A stretch of DNA of 64,000 nt from a virus (Duplodnaviria; Caudoviricetes): positions 192,001 through 256,000 of IMG/VR virus record IMGVR_UViG_3300024331_000007, one strand, 5' to 3'. The translations under genes were made by a program, and so were the position numbers. Positions 29,392 to 40,074 of the stretch are shown here, piece by piece; position 1 is the first letter of the stretch, and each line of letters begins with the position of its first letter. Under the pieces are notes generated by a model. The model saw only the letters and a list, made by a program, of their open reading frames with translations, had not been told where the DNA came from and searched no databases.

Positions 29392-30330
29392 TTATTGTCC
29401 TCGTGAAGTCAAAAATTGAATAACTTTTTCTTCCATACAGTCTTGTTCTGTGTATGGAATAATAAGCAAGGGAATATTATTCATTTTGCAAAATTTTTTC
29501 TTTTTTGAATCGGAAGACTGAATACTTTTGAACATCTGATTCATTGTTCTATTTTTACTACCAAAAGTTTGAGGAACATAATGCTGTATACCGTGATATT
29601 CAATCAAACCCAATAGATTGCTATTACTAAATATTGCAAAATCAAATGGCAACGGCTTTTTCTTTTTACATTCTGCCAATCTGTATTGATGTTCAAATTC
29701 TACCTTGTGCTTCTTTAGAATCGTAACCATCTTCTTTTCGCCCACCGAAAAAGAACATCTGGGGCAACCCTTGCCATATAAATGATTGTTTGGTTTCTGC
29801 GTGAACTCTCCATGCAATTTGCAAATGATCGATACATTCATCTTATTTCTGATATATTTTGTGTTACTGTAATCGTAAAGATTTCCATGAACCAAATTGG
29901 CTTTTTCAATAAATACTGGGGTGTCCATTGTTGCCGTTCCACCACATTTATCACATCCTTTACCATTCAAATGTTCATTAGGGGTTTGGAAGAAGTGACC
30001 ATGTTGTTTACATAGAATAATAACCTTTGTGCTGGAATTTTCATACTGTACTTTTGAGTAATCAAATGTATTGTTGTGAGACAAGATAGCTTTTCTAATA
30101 AAGTCTTCAGTAGTAGATTTTTGGGCGATGCTTCGTGATTCTACTGCGCATTTATGGCAACCACTTTTGGTTAGATGATTGCTGGGTGTTTGTTCATAAT
30201 ATCCATGTAACTTACAACCAATAACGACTTTCGTATGCATTGCAACATAATTGACACAATCATACAAAAACACGTCGCCATGTTGTCGTTGCGCTTTCAC
30301 AATGAATTCGTTATTTGTCAATCTCTTCAT
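29392..30330 (-). CDS. Homing-endonuclease-like protein (zinc-module repeats + PD-(D/E)XK), paralog of 6371-7321
   Basis: Three YDYS/CKxHG modules; FDFAI...LIEYHGIQHY. Confidence 0.8.
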   Translation of the reverse strand: MKRLTNNEFIVKAQRQHGDVFLYDCVNYVAMHTKVVIGCKLHGYYEQTPSNHLTKSGCHKCAVESRSIAQKSTTEDFIRKAILSHNNTFDYSKVQYENSSTKVIILCKQHGHFFQTPNEHLNGKGCDKCGGTATMDTPVFIEKANLVHGNLYDYSNTKYIRNKMNVSIICKLHGEFTQKPNNHLYGKGCPRCSFSVGEKKMVTILKKHKVEFEHQYRLAECKKKKPLPFDFAIFSNSNLLGLIEYHGIQHYVPQTFGSKNRTMNQMFKSIQSSDSKKKKFCKMNNIPLLIIPYTEQDCMEEKVIQFLTSRGQ

Positions 30331-30346
30331 ATACTCTTATTATACA

Positions 30347-30607
30347 CTACTTTCCACTCGCCTTTCCTGCCATTGCACCTATTTGGGGACATACGCCTTT
30401 GATGTGGTTCAAATTGCAGCGTTCGCAGGGTCTATAGTCATAACGTTTACGGCAGGTAGCACATATAGGATCGGCAACCGAAGCGTAGGTTCCACACTGT
30501 TCCAGACCTTCCATTCTGCCACATTCTGCACAGCCAACTTCTTCACGATGGGCGCGAGGGATTCTGTATCCTTCTTTGTCGATGGCGTCAAATTCGAATA
30601 ATCTCAT
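30347..30607 (-). CDS. Small zinc-finger protein
   Basis: CAEC, CATC, CERC, HIKGVC. Confidence 0.55.
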   Translation of the reverse strand: MRLFEFDAIDKEGYRIPRAHREEVGCAECGRMEGLEQCGTYASVADPICATCRKRYDYRPCERCNLNHIKGVCPQIGAMAGKASGK

Positions 30608-30618
30608 AATTTCCTTTA

Positions 30619-30852
30619 TTACGCTTCAAGTAATCGAAGAAATGCGTATGACTCCATTTCTTTTTCGTCTTCAAATTCCCAAACTCTGATCAAATAATAA
30701 GATGAACCTGCAATATTAGCTGGGTATCTTTCGGATAGCTTCCATTTTTTAACAGATTCATCAAACAGAGATTCATCAAACAGAGATTCATATTTGAACT
30801 GACTGTTTGATGTAAAAATAAAATGCTTTGAATTGTCCAGCAGACATTTCAT
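30619..30852 (-). CDS. Small protein with LxxLE tail; paralog of 26986-27234
   Basis: VWEFEDEKEMESYAFLRLLEA vs KYEFSSQEELESYVVLHILES. Confidence 0.6.
   Translation of the reverse strand: MKCLLDNSKHFIFTSNSQFKYESLFDESLFDESVKKWKLSERYPANIAGSSYYLIRVWEFEDEKEMESYAFLRLLEA
30754..30791. repeat. 15 bp in-frame tandem repeat (2.5 copies)
   Basis: AGATTCATCAAACAG x2.5; gives ESLFDESLFDES. Confidence 0.85.
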
Positions 30853-30952
30853 ACTTTCTCCAGCCTAACAGGTATTTATCCACACCAGCAATCATGCGGG
30901 ATACATTGACTTTAACCATAAATATCTGTGGCACTTCTCAGGAGATTACCGA

Positions 30953-31702
30953 ATGAGCAGAACTAAGAAGAACCGTCCTCTACAGGAGTCTTTAACTACT
31001 CCTATTCCTCAAGAAACAGCCCACTTTTCAACTAAATCTGGTATTAAAAAGTCAGTGCGCATTATCCCTCGTAGCATACACCAAGAAGAGTATTTGGATT
31101 ACTTGATGGATAATGACAAAATTATTGTGATAGCCTCTGGTCCCGCTGGATGCGGGAAAACACAGCTTGCTATGCTTGCTGGTATTAAAGCCCTAAGCGA
31201 AAAGAAAGTCAACAATCTTATCCTATGTCGTCCCAGTGTAGGAGTTGATGACGAGGACTTAGGCTTTCTACCGGGAGACATCAATGACAAGATGGCTCCT
31301 TGGACTAGACCTTTATTTGATGTTCTTTATGAATATTACAGCGCAAAAGATATACAGAATATGCTGGAAAATAAGGTGATTGAAATGGCCCCCCTCATGC
31401 ACATGCGAGGAAGAAACTTGAAGAACTGTTTTGTAGTGGCTGATGAATTTCAGAACACAACTGTTTCTCAATGCAAAACCCTATTCACAAGAATCTGCGA
31501 TGGAACTAAGATTGTTATTACAGGAGATAACGACCAATCAGATCGCAAGTCAAATGAAAACGGTCTATTGTTCTTTAAGAATGCCATTCAAAATTATGGA
31601 GGGAGTCAATACATTAGTTCAGTTGAATTTGATTCTAAAGACATTGAACGACACGCAGTAGTAAAGGATGTTCTGGAGATTTTCAGAGCTTCTGGAAAAT
31701 AA
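30953..31702 (+). CDS. phoH: PhoH family ATPase
   Basis: SGPAGCGKT, LGFLPGDI, MRGR, DEFQN, ITGDNDQSD, DIERHAVV. Confidence 0.95.
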   Translation: MSRTKKNRPLQESLTTPIPQETAHFSTKSGIKKSVRIIPRSIHQEEYLDYLMDNDKIIVIASGPAGCGKTQLAMLAGIKALSEKKVNNLILCRPSVGVDDEDLGFLPGDINDKMAPWTRPLFDVLYEYYSAKDIQNMLENKVIEMAPLMHMRGRNLKNCFVVADEFQNTTVSQCKTLFTRICDGTKIVITGDNDQSDRKSNENGLLFFKNAIQNYGGSQYISSVEFDSKDIERHAVVKDVLEIFRASGK

Positions 31703-31726
31703 ACATTACACATCCTTCGTAATAAC

Positions 31727-32548
31727 CTATGCAGTATGTGCAACATTATTTGGTTTTTTAAAATACCAACCTTCAGGAGGAAACGGAATATCCTTTCGAA
31801 TCCTCCTGAACTTCCCCTCGATATTATAGATTGGCTTGCTTTCTTCTCGTAAGGCGGAGGCTCTAACCAACGAAGATGAGGCCAGCAAAGGATCACACTC
31901 TTCATAAACCAATCGTTCAAAATCGAAATACAAAATTTTCTTCTCCTTAATTTTCCTCATCTGTATTCGTTCCGCAACCGTCCATCGTGGTTTACCTTTT
32001 TGCTTTCCAGAAATAGCTTTGCTTGTTTTTAATCGAGACGCTGTGCTCCTTATTTTATACTTCCTACCAACAGTGGTGGAAATCAGTTCTCCAGATTTCA
32101 CACGAGGATCAGTAGTCATGCATCTTACTGTACTGCCAAATTTATCCTTATAGACTGCATATCCTTTATTTTTCTCACTCATCAGAGTGTATGCTTCTTT
32201 CCTAAGCCTAGCGAATGTTCTACTGGATTTAAGAACAATATTTCCTCGACTGCTATTTTGATTTTGCATAGCGGCAAATGCAATAGTCTGCGAACCTCCA
32301 TACGCCTTCCATAACAACCAATGAGCTATAAAATGCTGTCTGTAGGTAAGATTTATCCTGTTCCAAGGGTTTTCTCGAAAACTTTTGTATTGTGGAAATA
32401 GGTCTGTGGCCTTTGGACAAATATGGTGAGATTCCGTTTCCAACAGATAATGATTATCTTTCCAAGACTCAATACACCTCAAATAACGATTCAGGTAGTG
32501 TTCGTTGTGAGGTTTAAGTTTTAAAAGTTTCTCAATTAGGATTTCCAT
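31727..32548 (-). CDS. HNH homing endonuclease
   Basis: ESHHICPK...NRINLTYRQHFIAHWLLWK; ATAAATAGTTGTATG start context. Confidence 0.8.
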   Translation of the reverse strand: MEILIEKLLKLKPHNEHYLNRYLRCIESWKDNHYLLETESHHICPKATDLFPQYKSFRENPWNRINLTYRQHFIAHWLLWKAYGGSQTIAFAAMQNQNSSRGNIVLKSSRTFARLRKEAYTLMSEKNKGYAVYKDKFGSTVRCMTTDPRVKSGELISTTVGRKYKIRSTASRLKTSKAISGKQKGKPRWTVAERIQMRKIKEKKILYFDFERLVYEECDPLLASSSLVRASALREESKPIYNIEGKFRRIRKDIPFPPEGWYFKKPNNVAHTA

Positions 32549-32583
32549 ACAACTATTTATGATAACACCTCAGAACTGTTCAG

Positions 32584-33094
32584 TTAACCAAGTTCGATAA
32601 TAGGTCGGTAAAACATCAACTCTTTAACAGTCGCTATGAAACCAAGGATTCCGCAGAGCGCAACGATAACCCAGTGCTCTGCGATTCCAAACGACATGGT
32701 TGATAGGCACATCGAGCACTGAAACAATGCCTTCAGCATCACGAACTTTTCTGGGTTTATCTTTTCCATATTATTACTAGCGTCAGTATAAGTATTGAAA
32801 TCATGTTTATGAAGTATAACCAAAACCAATGGAGCGAGCCAAACAAAAATTGAGCGATAAATGTTAACACAACGATAGTTGCATTTCTTCGGATTTCAAC
32901 GTTTTCTGTTTTTAGCATACTGCGTCTTTCTTGATAAGCATGAAAAAATATGTAAGATAGGAAATGAAACCCACGGCGAATACAGCATACCAATGAAGTC
33001 CAGCACTGACACCAATCGTCAGTGTGGTTAATAGTACCGTACTCATATTAACTGTCAGCTTCATATTTGTTGTACACGCCTTCTTCCCAAACAT
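32584..33094 (-). CDS. Three small membrane proteins (32584, 32757, 32912)
   Basis: Short ORFs with 2 hydrophobic segments each. Confidence 0.45.
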
Positions 33095-33383
33095 ATCTTT
33101 TGAGAGCGGCCCTCAATGCTTCTTTTTTTGTGTCGCCAGTCCCTAACTGGCTATCTGAATAGTAACCAGCATTGACCACATAATAATCATCGTGAGGTCC
33201 TGATGTTTCATAGCAGATAAAGTCAGGTGTTACTTTCCTCAGAGTTATTTCAACCTCTTCGTCACTCATCCTATCAATAATCAAATGAGATTCCAGATTG
33301 ATATCATACTGTTTTTCTTTTAGATTTTCGATTTTCTTACCGTTGGCTTTGAGAGTTTTGATAACGCTGAATATTGTTTTCAT
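33048..33383 (-). CDS. Hypothetical protein
   Basis: Contains LGTGDTKKEALRAA, reminiscent of the family A GxTxEEAW turn-helix. Confidence 0.5.
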   Translation of the reverse strand: MKTIFSVIKTLKANGKKIENLKEKQYDINLESHLIIDRMSDEEVEITLRKVTPDFICYETSGPHDDYYVVNAGYYSDSQLGTGDTKKEALRAALKRYVWEEGVYNKYEADS

Positions 33384-34115
33384 TTGCTCTCCAATTTATG
33401 AAGGAATGCCTCGCTGTCCGATAATCTTGACAGAGTTGATGAATGTTGAATAAAAGCTCCACCATTCCATCGCATTACTAAAAATGTGCAGGGATACGCA
33501 TACATTCTGACAATCTCTCCATAACAAATTGATTTGATTCCAGATTGATTATATTGAATAAATGAAACTGGATCGCCGGGTTTAAAAGTATCAATCACTA
33601 GCTCACCAACTTTAAAAGAAATTCATCTTCTTGGGTAGCGGCTTTCATAAATCTAGAAGATCGCATATAAATCTGAGTAGTATCATTATATCCCACAATC
33701 ATATAGTGATGCAGTCCAATCTTCTTACCGTAGTATCCCTTCACATAACCAAAAAGGTCAGAATCACCGAATGTATCATATTCAGTAAACCTGACCAGTT
33801 GACCTATCGTAAATTTTGTCATTGTTCCAGTGTATGCAGGAAGGCATCCAATTCAGTTATTCGGCTCATGCTGTCGCCATACCAAACATCCCTTGTGCCA
33901 TTCAGAGACTGCACAATGTACATGTTTGGATAGCCCGGATAAGGACCAACAATCTCTGCATATTCAATCCACTCGCCGTCTTCCTGATAAGGCTCAAAAC
34001 GCATGCGAGAAACATACTCTCCCTGTTTATATTGGTATGTTTCTGGTTCGAGTTTTGGCACTTCCTTTTTTGGGAATGTCTTTCGAAGGAAGTCTTTAAA
34101 TGTTTGAAGTTCCAT
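33380..34115 (-). CDS. Three tandem SH3-like family C proteins (33380-33598, 33598-33822, 33819-34115)
   Basis: FKPGDPV, FTIGQLV, YKQGEYV starts; tails EAFLHKLESK, DEFLLKLVS, DAFLHTLEQ. Confidence 0.7.
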
Positions 34116-34121
34116 GCAGAA

Positions 34122-34670
34122 TCATTTTCGCTTTCCTGCCTTTCGAGCAGGGACTTTAGGATTAGCCTTCTTTACATCCCGTGCTGTTCCTTTTTTGGTT
34201 TCGGAGATGATCAATTCAATCGGCTGAAAATCAATATTGTAAAACACTAGGCTATAGTGTATCACAGATTTCTTCCTGCGCAAACTCATAATGCCCATAA
34301 TTTCGTCGCGCAGATATTCCAGTGCTATGCCATCGGAAGAAAATTCCTCAGCATTAAATTTCTCAACAAAGTCTGCCTTGTCTGCTTCGCTTGGGACTGC
34401 GTCAGAGTTTGGATGGCTGTGCAATGTTCCGAAATATTTCAGAGTAGTTCCAGCCTCTATTTCTTCTTCGGGCTGTCCATATTGCAACGTCATTACTCGT
34501 GCACCAGAAATAGATGTTTCAACTTCTATAGTATCAAAAGCATAGATATGCAGTTCATTCTTAACCATCTTGCCCAAGACGGCTACGATGATTTCATAAG
34601 GCATGGCCTTAACAGCCCTGCGCTTAAACGAGTCAATTAATGACTTGTGAACGACGATACGTTGCATCAT
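34122..34670 (-). CDS. JAB/MPN+ (JAMM) metalloprotease domain protein
   Basis: PYEI...GTLHSHPNSDAVPSEADK = E...HxH-x7-SxxD. Confidence 0.8.
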   Translation of the reverse strand: MMQRIVVHKSLIDSFKRRAVKAMPYEIIVAVLGKMVKNELHIYAFDTIEVETSISGARVMTLQYGQPEEEIEAGTTLKYFGTLHSHPNSDAVPSEADKADFVEKFNAEEFSSDGIALEYLRDEIMGIMSLRRKKSVIHYSLVFYNIDFQPIELIISETKKGTARDVKKANPKVPARKAGKRK

Positions 34671-34672
34671 CG

Positions 34673-34990
34673 TTACGCCTCTACATGTTCAACTGCTTTC
34701 AGCAGAGCATCGATCTGTGCTGGATATTGGGCATGAAAATATTCCAGTAGCGTATCGTAATTGTCTCCTGTAACTACTTCTCCATTAATCTGAAAGGATC
34801 GGCATTTAACAACCGACTTGTTCTTCACGTCCAGAATGAGATTGCATTTCTTAATATCGCTGTTTCGAATATTCTTTACCAGAGATACTACTTCATCAGC
34901 AATAAAGTTTTCGGCATGTTGTGAATGATTAGGCTTTGAGGTATTTTTTGGGTTTAGGGGTCTGATTACATAACAACAAGTTATATACAT
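34673..34990 (-). CDS. Conserved hypothetical protein
   Basis: MYITCCYVIRP...CNLILDVKNKSVVKCR. Confidence 0.55.
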   Translation of the reverse strand: MYITCCYVIRPLNPKNTSKPNHSQHAENFIADEVVSLVKNIRNSDIKKCNLILDVKNKSVVKCRSFQINGEVVTGDNYDTLLEYFHAQYPAQIDALLKAVEHVEA

Positions 34991-35020
34991 TATTTTCTCC
35001 GAGAAAGGCAAAACTTTAGA

Positions 35021-35086
35021 TAAATACTGTTGGTCGCGGATAGCAGTCCCACCAACCCTATCGCTTTTGAGGAGCGCCAGCACATG
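35021..35086 (+). ncRNA. Structured 5' leader motif, copy 1
   Basis: TAAATA-ct-GTTGGT-CGC-GGAT-agca-GTCC-C-ACCAAC-cctat-CGCT-tttgagg-AGCG-ccagcac-ATG. Confidence 0.7.
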
Positions 35087-35827
35087 TCTATTTACCCTGA
35101 TAAACTTTCAGAACTTTTACCATCTTCAAAATATCTTCGCGCATATACCAAAATTTGCAAACTGGCTCAGGACCGAGCAAATACCCGTAAACAGGCAAAA
35201 TTACAATTTGGTTATGTGGAAGGTCATCATATTCTACCAAAATCTTTCAAATGTGGCGGCGAAAAAGATAAATCAAACTATGTGTATCTAACGGCTCGCG
35301 AGCATTTTATTTGCCACAAACTATTAGTTTTTGCAACAAAATCTACTAGATTTTATTATTCCGCATCTGCCGCCCTTGCTGGTTTTATGCAATCTTCTTC
35401 ATTTCACCAACGACCTATTCTAACTTCTCACAACTATCAATTTGTTAGGAAATGCATATCACTATCTAAAAAAGAAAAACAAACTGGAAGAAAGGTATCA
35501 GACGCTACTAAAATTAAGATGAGTTTGGCTCAATTAAAACGACACAGACTAAATCCACGAACAAAAGAGCAATGCGAAAATATATCAAAAGGGCGAACAG
35601 GTATCAAAGTATCCAAAGAAGGTTGCTTGGCAATATCTTTAGGCAAAATGGGGGCTATTCCTTGGAACAAAGGGACTAAAATGGATGATACAACCAAAAT
35701 GAAAATTAGCAAAAATCGAACAGGTATAAAACCCAAAAAGATCAAATGTCTACATTGTGATGTGATAGCCGCCCCAAATATGTTAGCGAGATTTCACAAC
35801 GATAGATGTAAATTAAGAAATTTGTGA
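35084..35827 (+). CDS. HNH homing endonuclease with NUMOD3-like repeats (antisense insertion)
   Basis: YVEGHHILPKSF..GGEKDKSNYVYLTAREHFICHKLL. Confidence 0.85.
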   Translation: MSIYPDKLSELLPSSKYLRAYTKICKLAQDRANTRKQAKLQFGYVEGHHILPKSFKCGGEKDKSNYVYLTAREHFICHKLLVFATKSTRFYYSASAALAGFMQSSSFHQRPILTSHNYQFVRKCISLSKKEKQTGRKVSDATKIKMSLAQLKRHRLNPRTKEQCENISKGRTGIKVSKEGCLAISLGKMGAIPWNKGTKMDDTTKMKISKNRTGIKPKKIKCLHCDVIAAPNMLARFHNDRCKLRNL

Positions 35828-36742
35828 AAGCTCTACCAGCGTGGCAGCAACCAGAATCTCTGGATCAGCGGCCATTGGAATCTGTACCATTCCTTTTCTA
35901 ATGATTAGAATTGCTGCGTCTTTCTGTTCGTTTGTAGTTCCCCAAAAATCCAGATTATTATAACAGAAGACATAAAACTCTTCCAATTCTTCCGCTCGAA
36001 TCTGGCTGCATATCAGCGCCCTCGCTTCTCTTACCTTTCCATTCTTAAATAACTCAACAGCGTCGATCTTGTAATCTCGCGTAGCGTTACTTAATTTGTC
36101 AGGTTTGGTGAGTTTTCCTTCAATGCAGTTCTGCTGACAAGTATTTATGCACTTACGTAGATCAGGCCAGCAGCCTCTGACGTAATCATCCAGTGTTTCC
36201 AACTCAAAATCTATATTCTCCGCAACCAAAATTTCAGCCATTCGTACTGTATATTCATCAATCGGAAGTTTATTTATTTGGATACTCTGGGTACGACTGT
36301 GTATAGGCGGAATGATCTTGTGTGGATTATTGCAGGTAAACATAAAGCGGCTTATCTGAGAATACTGCTCAATCACACCTTTCAGAGTATTTTGGGCATC
36401 CACTGTCAAACCATCAGCCTCATCCAACAGAATAATGCGTTGCTTTCCCCACGGAGTCAGGGCGGCAAAATTATCGATTTTATCGCGAATAATATCAATG
36501 CCGCGTTCGCGGCTGGCGTTTATATAGAGATAATCATATGGATCGATGCCAACTTCATTGACCAAAACTTCAGCCAAGGTAGTCTTACCTGTACCGGGTC
36601 CACCTGAAAAGAGAATATGTGGTATATCCTTAGTTGCAATCCACTTCTGAATTGTACCTTTTTGGTTCTCGTCTGTGAAGACATAGCCTTCCAGTGTTTT
36701 TGGTCTGTAGCGTTCCGTCCATAATGAGTTAGTTATTGCCAT
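35813..36742 (-). CDS. Sliding-clamp loader subunit (T4 gp44/RFC small subunit family)
   Basis: WTERYRPKTL, SGGPGTGKTT, INASRERGID, LLDEADGL, SRFMFTCN, PDLRKCIN. Confidence 0.95.
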   Translation of the reverse strand: MAITNSLWTERYRPKTLEGYVFTDENQKGTIQKWIATKDIPHILFSGGPGTGKTTLAEVLVNEVGIDPYDYLYINASRERGIDIIRDKIDNFAALTPWGKQRIILLDEADGLTVDAQNTLKGVIEQYSQISRFMFTCNNPHKIIPPIHSRTQSIQINKLPIDEYTVRMAEILVAENIDFELETLDDYVRGCWPDLRKCINTCQQNCIEGKLTKPDKLSNATRDYKIDAVELFKNGKVREARALICSQIRAEELEEFYVFCYNNLDFWGTTNEQKDAAILIIRKGMVQIPMAADPEILVAATLVELSQIS

Positions 36743-37548
36743 ATATTTTCCTTACCATCCAGCACCAGTATAACATCGTAGCCTTGCGCTCTACAAGCAG
36801 CTAATTTGGCCTTGTTTTTGTTCTCTAACAATTCATCTTCTCCATTCTTATTCCAAGTCCAAGACGACTTTACTTCATATATTGTGTTTCCGATTTGAAA
36901 ATCACTAATGTATAGGCGACGGCTATTATCGGTAGGGTCAACATACCAAATGCTTGGACCTCTCTTTACATTTTGTAGAAGCCAATCAAATCCAAATTTT
37001 TCTTCTAATTGGAATAGAAAGGAACATTCGTGGGTTCCTTGATAGGTTAGCGGGGAATCCTTATAATTCAAAATGGGACATTGGGTGCTGTTTTTCCAAG
37101 GACTATCCATCCAATGCTCTTTCATAATCTGAGCTAATTTTTCATAGTGTCCGTTTTTGATTCTAGTCTGCGTTCCCTTGATTTGAGAAGATTTGGTAAT
37201 ACCCAATCGAATACGAGTTTTCAAAGACTTTGAGGTTCTGTCGTCATGATTCAATAATGAAAATTCCTTTCGTTTTCCAGCACAAGAATTGAAATGAGGG
37301 GAGCAGCACTTTTTGCCATTCTTGAACAAATATTTTGCGATAGAATTACAACCAAACTCGCATAACTCCTCTGTTTCAATTGCGGTAGAGTATGGATTCT
37401 TATGTTTATGTGTTGCGATCTTTTTAGCTGGACATTTTAGGAAATGTGATGAGCAGCATTTGCTGCCCGATATAGAAAGGTAGTTAGCAGTTCTTGAACA
37501 GCCATAATCGCATAAATCAGTGGTGGAAATTTTCTGAAAGGTTTTCAT
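36733..37548 (-). CDS. PD-(D/E)XK (TnsA-like) endonuclease with two Cys-rich N-terminal repeats
   Basis: LCDYGC...KCCSSHFLKC / LCEFGC...KCCSPHFNSC; YISDFQI...IYEVKS. Confidence 0.75.
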   Translation of the reverse strand: MKTFQKISTTDLCDYGCSRTANYLSISGSKCCSSHFLKCPAKKIATHKHKNPYSTAIETEELCEFGCNSIAKYLFKNGKKCCSPHFNSCAGKRKEFSLLNHDDRTSKSLKTRIRLGITKSSQIKGTQTRIKNGHYEKLAQIMKEHWMDSPWKNSTQCPILNYKDSPLTYQGTHECSFLFQLEEKFGFDWLLQNVKRGPSIWYVDPTDNSRRLYISDFQIGNTIYEVKSSWTWNKNGEDELLENKNKAKLAACRAQGYDVILVLDGKENIWQ

Positions 37549-37592
37549 ACAACTATTTATGCATTGAGAAGTATTTTCTGTGCATAGTGTAT

Positions 37593-38149
37593 TTATTTTA
37601 TACCCATTTCCAGCGCCTTCAATAACGCATCTTGCTCAGTAGTCTCAATGATTTCCCTAATCTTTGCCCAGAATTGATCCTCAGCACCATCCATCAGAGG
37701 GTAAACATTCCATCCATTGTTGGGAGGATACATAACACCGTTTATATAATCTACAGGTTTATCTCCCCACATAACTAGTATTCCGTTTTCAACTTTACCG
37801 TATATCGGATTTTCGGAAACCTTTTGTAAACCCCATTCTTTGTTAGTCATTAGATATTGCCGTTATCTCCAAAGTCATATGATTTGTCAGCCAGCATGGT
37901 GGTCCAAACATTACGCATTTTGTCTTCGGTTTCTTTCCACGATCCATTCAGCATAAACTCATGCGCCCACTGCTGTGTGTACTCGCAATACGGACAGCGA
38001 AGGCCATCGGGTGTGAGAACCAAAAGGCCTTCACCATCCAGATGATCTTTATCAGTTCGGCGTCCACTGCCGCACGTAAACGGATGGAACATACCTGAAT
38101 GCTGAAAGTCGTTGAATGATTTTATTTGGTCATCTGTGAATTTTGGCAT
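37593..38149 (-). CDS. Two hypothetical proteins (37593-37850 with tail DALLKALEM; 37850-38149 with HPFTC...CPYC)
   Basis: ORF track, coupled starts. Confidence 0.55.
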
Positions 38150-38352
38150 TAGTTCTCCAGTAAGCGCATCATTTCTGCATTGACAGTTATTCTGGCATGT
38201 TGCCAAGCCTGAGCCTCGGTTTCCCAAGCTCCACTCAGGATAATAATACGACCTCGCGAATATCGCGCCGTAATATATTTGCCAATGGCCGCATCTAAAA
38301 CTGCGTCTGCATTGGGATAGGCGGCAAGGACGATTTCTTTGTCAACGATCAT
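38149..38352 (-). CDS. Dispersed family A protein
   Basis: VDKEIVLAAYPNA...WETEAQAWQHARITVNAEMMRLLEN. Confidence 0.85.
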   Translation of the reverse strand: MIVDKEIVLAAYPNADAVLDAAIGKYITARYSRGRIIILSGAWETEAQAWQHARITVNAEMMRLLEN

Positions 38353-38412
38353 GACTCAGTATACGCCTTTTCTTTACTGGAGTAAATTGATTATTTGGTT
38401 AGAGGAAGCCAA

Positions 38413-38859
38413 TTATTTCAGACAATCTTGGTCACAGGAGGTGGAGTTTGGGTACACTGTTTCGGGTTTCTCTTTTTTCTCTTCGGCTTGATCTTTGTGA
38501 AGTCGCCACATTTGCCAGTACATATCAATTGCGTCCTCTATTGCTTGATGCGTATCAATTTGGCTATTGTCCTGAAGGGATATACCATATTCCCAGTTAT
38601 TATCTGAGACGCTTCCTGTTTCAATCTCCCAAACTGTTTTGTTTCGGATAGCACTATTACCTTTTCCGTCATAACGAGTACATTTGATTGTGACATTCTC
38701 GCAACCACCTGCATAATCACAGATGTGTTGAAGATTAGAATGTTTTGGCAGGAGTTGAGTTGCAGTATTTGGATGGATTTTATTTATTGTTGCACACCCA
38801 ACAAGAAGGCCCACACCAGAAATAAGTATCAGGACTGGGTTAATTCGAAATATGTTCAT
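38413..38859 (-). CDS. Lipoprotein
   Basis: Lipobox LLVG-C. Confidence 0.65.
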   Translation of the reverse strand: MNIFRINPVLILISGVGLLVGCATINKIHPNTATQLLPKHSNLQHICDYAGGCENVTIKCTRYDGKGNSAIRNKTVWEIETGSVSDNNWEYGISLQDNSQIDTHQAIEDAIDMYWQMWRLHKDQAEEKKEKPETVYPNSTSCDQDCLK

Positions 38860-39059
38860 TATTCCTCCAACTTTTTAAGCATGCTATTATTAATTCGTTC
38901 TTTGGCGCCTTCCTATGCTCGTTCTGGCGTTTGATATACAAAGCTCAAATCCTTGAACTCAGGCCATTTGTCTCCCATTGAAATATAATGGCCCCAACTT
39001 TCTGATCTGAGCTTGGCCGTTGGATAGATTGAAAGAACAAATTCCTTATCGGTCATCAT
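38859..39059 (-). pseudogene. Dispersed family A paralog with in-frame TAG at the invariant Trp
   Basis: MMTDKEFVLSIYPTA...TPERA*(38913-38915)EGAKERINNSMLKKLEE*. Confidence 0.85.
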
Positions 39060-39212
39060 CAACCAGAATAATAATTCCAGTTATGTTTTGGGCGGCAAGC
39101 ATTAGATTTCCAATTGCCTCAGCTTTATTCTTGCCTGTCTCATAGACTGTTTCATCATCTGCCGACCAAGCCTTCCATTTACCAGCTTTGATGTACTTAA
39201 CAAGAATGTCCA

Positions 39213-39593
39213 TTACTTTGCTCCGATTGGGCCAACCATTGCGCCCATCTCAGGGTTTGGATTCTCTTTACAATACAGAAGAATAGCCTTTGGATCAATA
39301 CGACGAACAACTGTTTCATTGCGTGGAATGTTTGGATCAATCTCAGAAAGATCGATGCCTCGACTCCAGCGACCATGCTCCACCAAAATCCAGTATCCCG
39401 GCCTCAAATCTGTTGTATTTTCGGGACCAACAGCATAAACTTTGGCCCATCGAGGATGAATACCGCGGTCTGTTTTATCATCATCCATCAGGATAATACC
39501 TGAAGTTGTCTTCTGTTCACCGAAGTACATGTCAAAGGCCAAAACGTCTTTGTGCAGCGGCAGAATAATTGGATCAATAATTTCTGTTGTCAT
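39213..39593 (-). CDS. GroES-like co-chaperonin
   Basis: ILPLHKDVL...EQKTTSGIIL...AKVYAVGP...LRPGYWILVE. Confidence 0.75.
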   Translation of the reverse strand: MTTEIIDPIILPLHKDVLAFDMYFGEQKTTSGIILMDDDKTDRGIHPRWAKVYAVGPENTTDLRPGYWILVEHGRWSRGIDLSEIDPNIPRNETVVRRIDPKAILLYCKENPNPEMGAMVGPIGAK

Positions 39594-40074
39594 AGTTTCC
39601 TTAGTTTGGGCAGTAAAATTCAACATAGTTTACTGCATCCTGAAATTTATTATACATTCTATTCTTGTCCTTCCCGTTTTCCCAATCAATTACATGAGCA
39701 GTATATGTCTACCCATTTTGTGAACGAGTTACATCACCACAACCAAATCCGTTATAATCCTGCCACAAAACATAATCTTCACTCAACCAGACTTTATGAG
39801 TTGCGGCAGCTTTGTTAGCTGTTGATTCAGGTACATTTATTGTGCGCACACATCCAACCAAACCAATCAATAACAAATATGGTATAAATTTCATATGTAT
39901 TTCTTATCCTTTACCTTGGTTCGGCAATGTCAAAATCCAACATGGATGCTGAGCACACGAAACCACCGTTCTTATGTCGCCAAGGAAGCCCATAATCTTT
40001 AACAATTAGTTTATTGCAGTTCTTACATCTGGGCATATTCGCCCAACGAACCATATTGCAGACCAAAGAAACCA

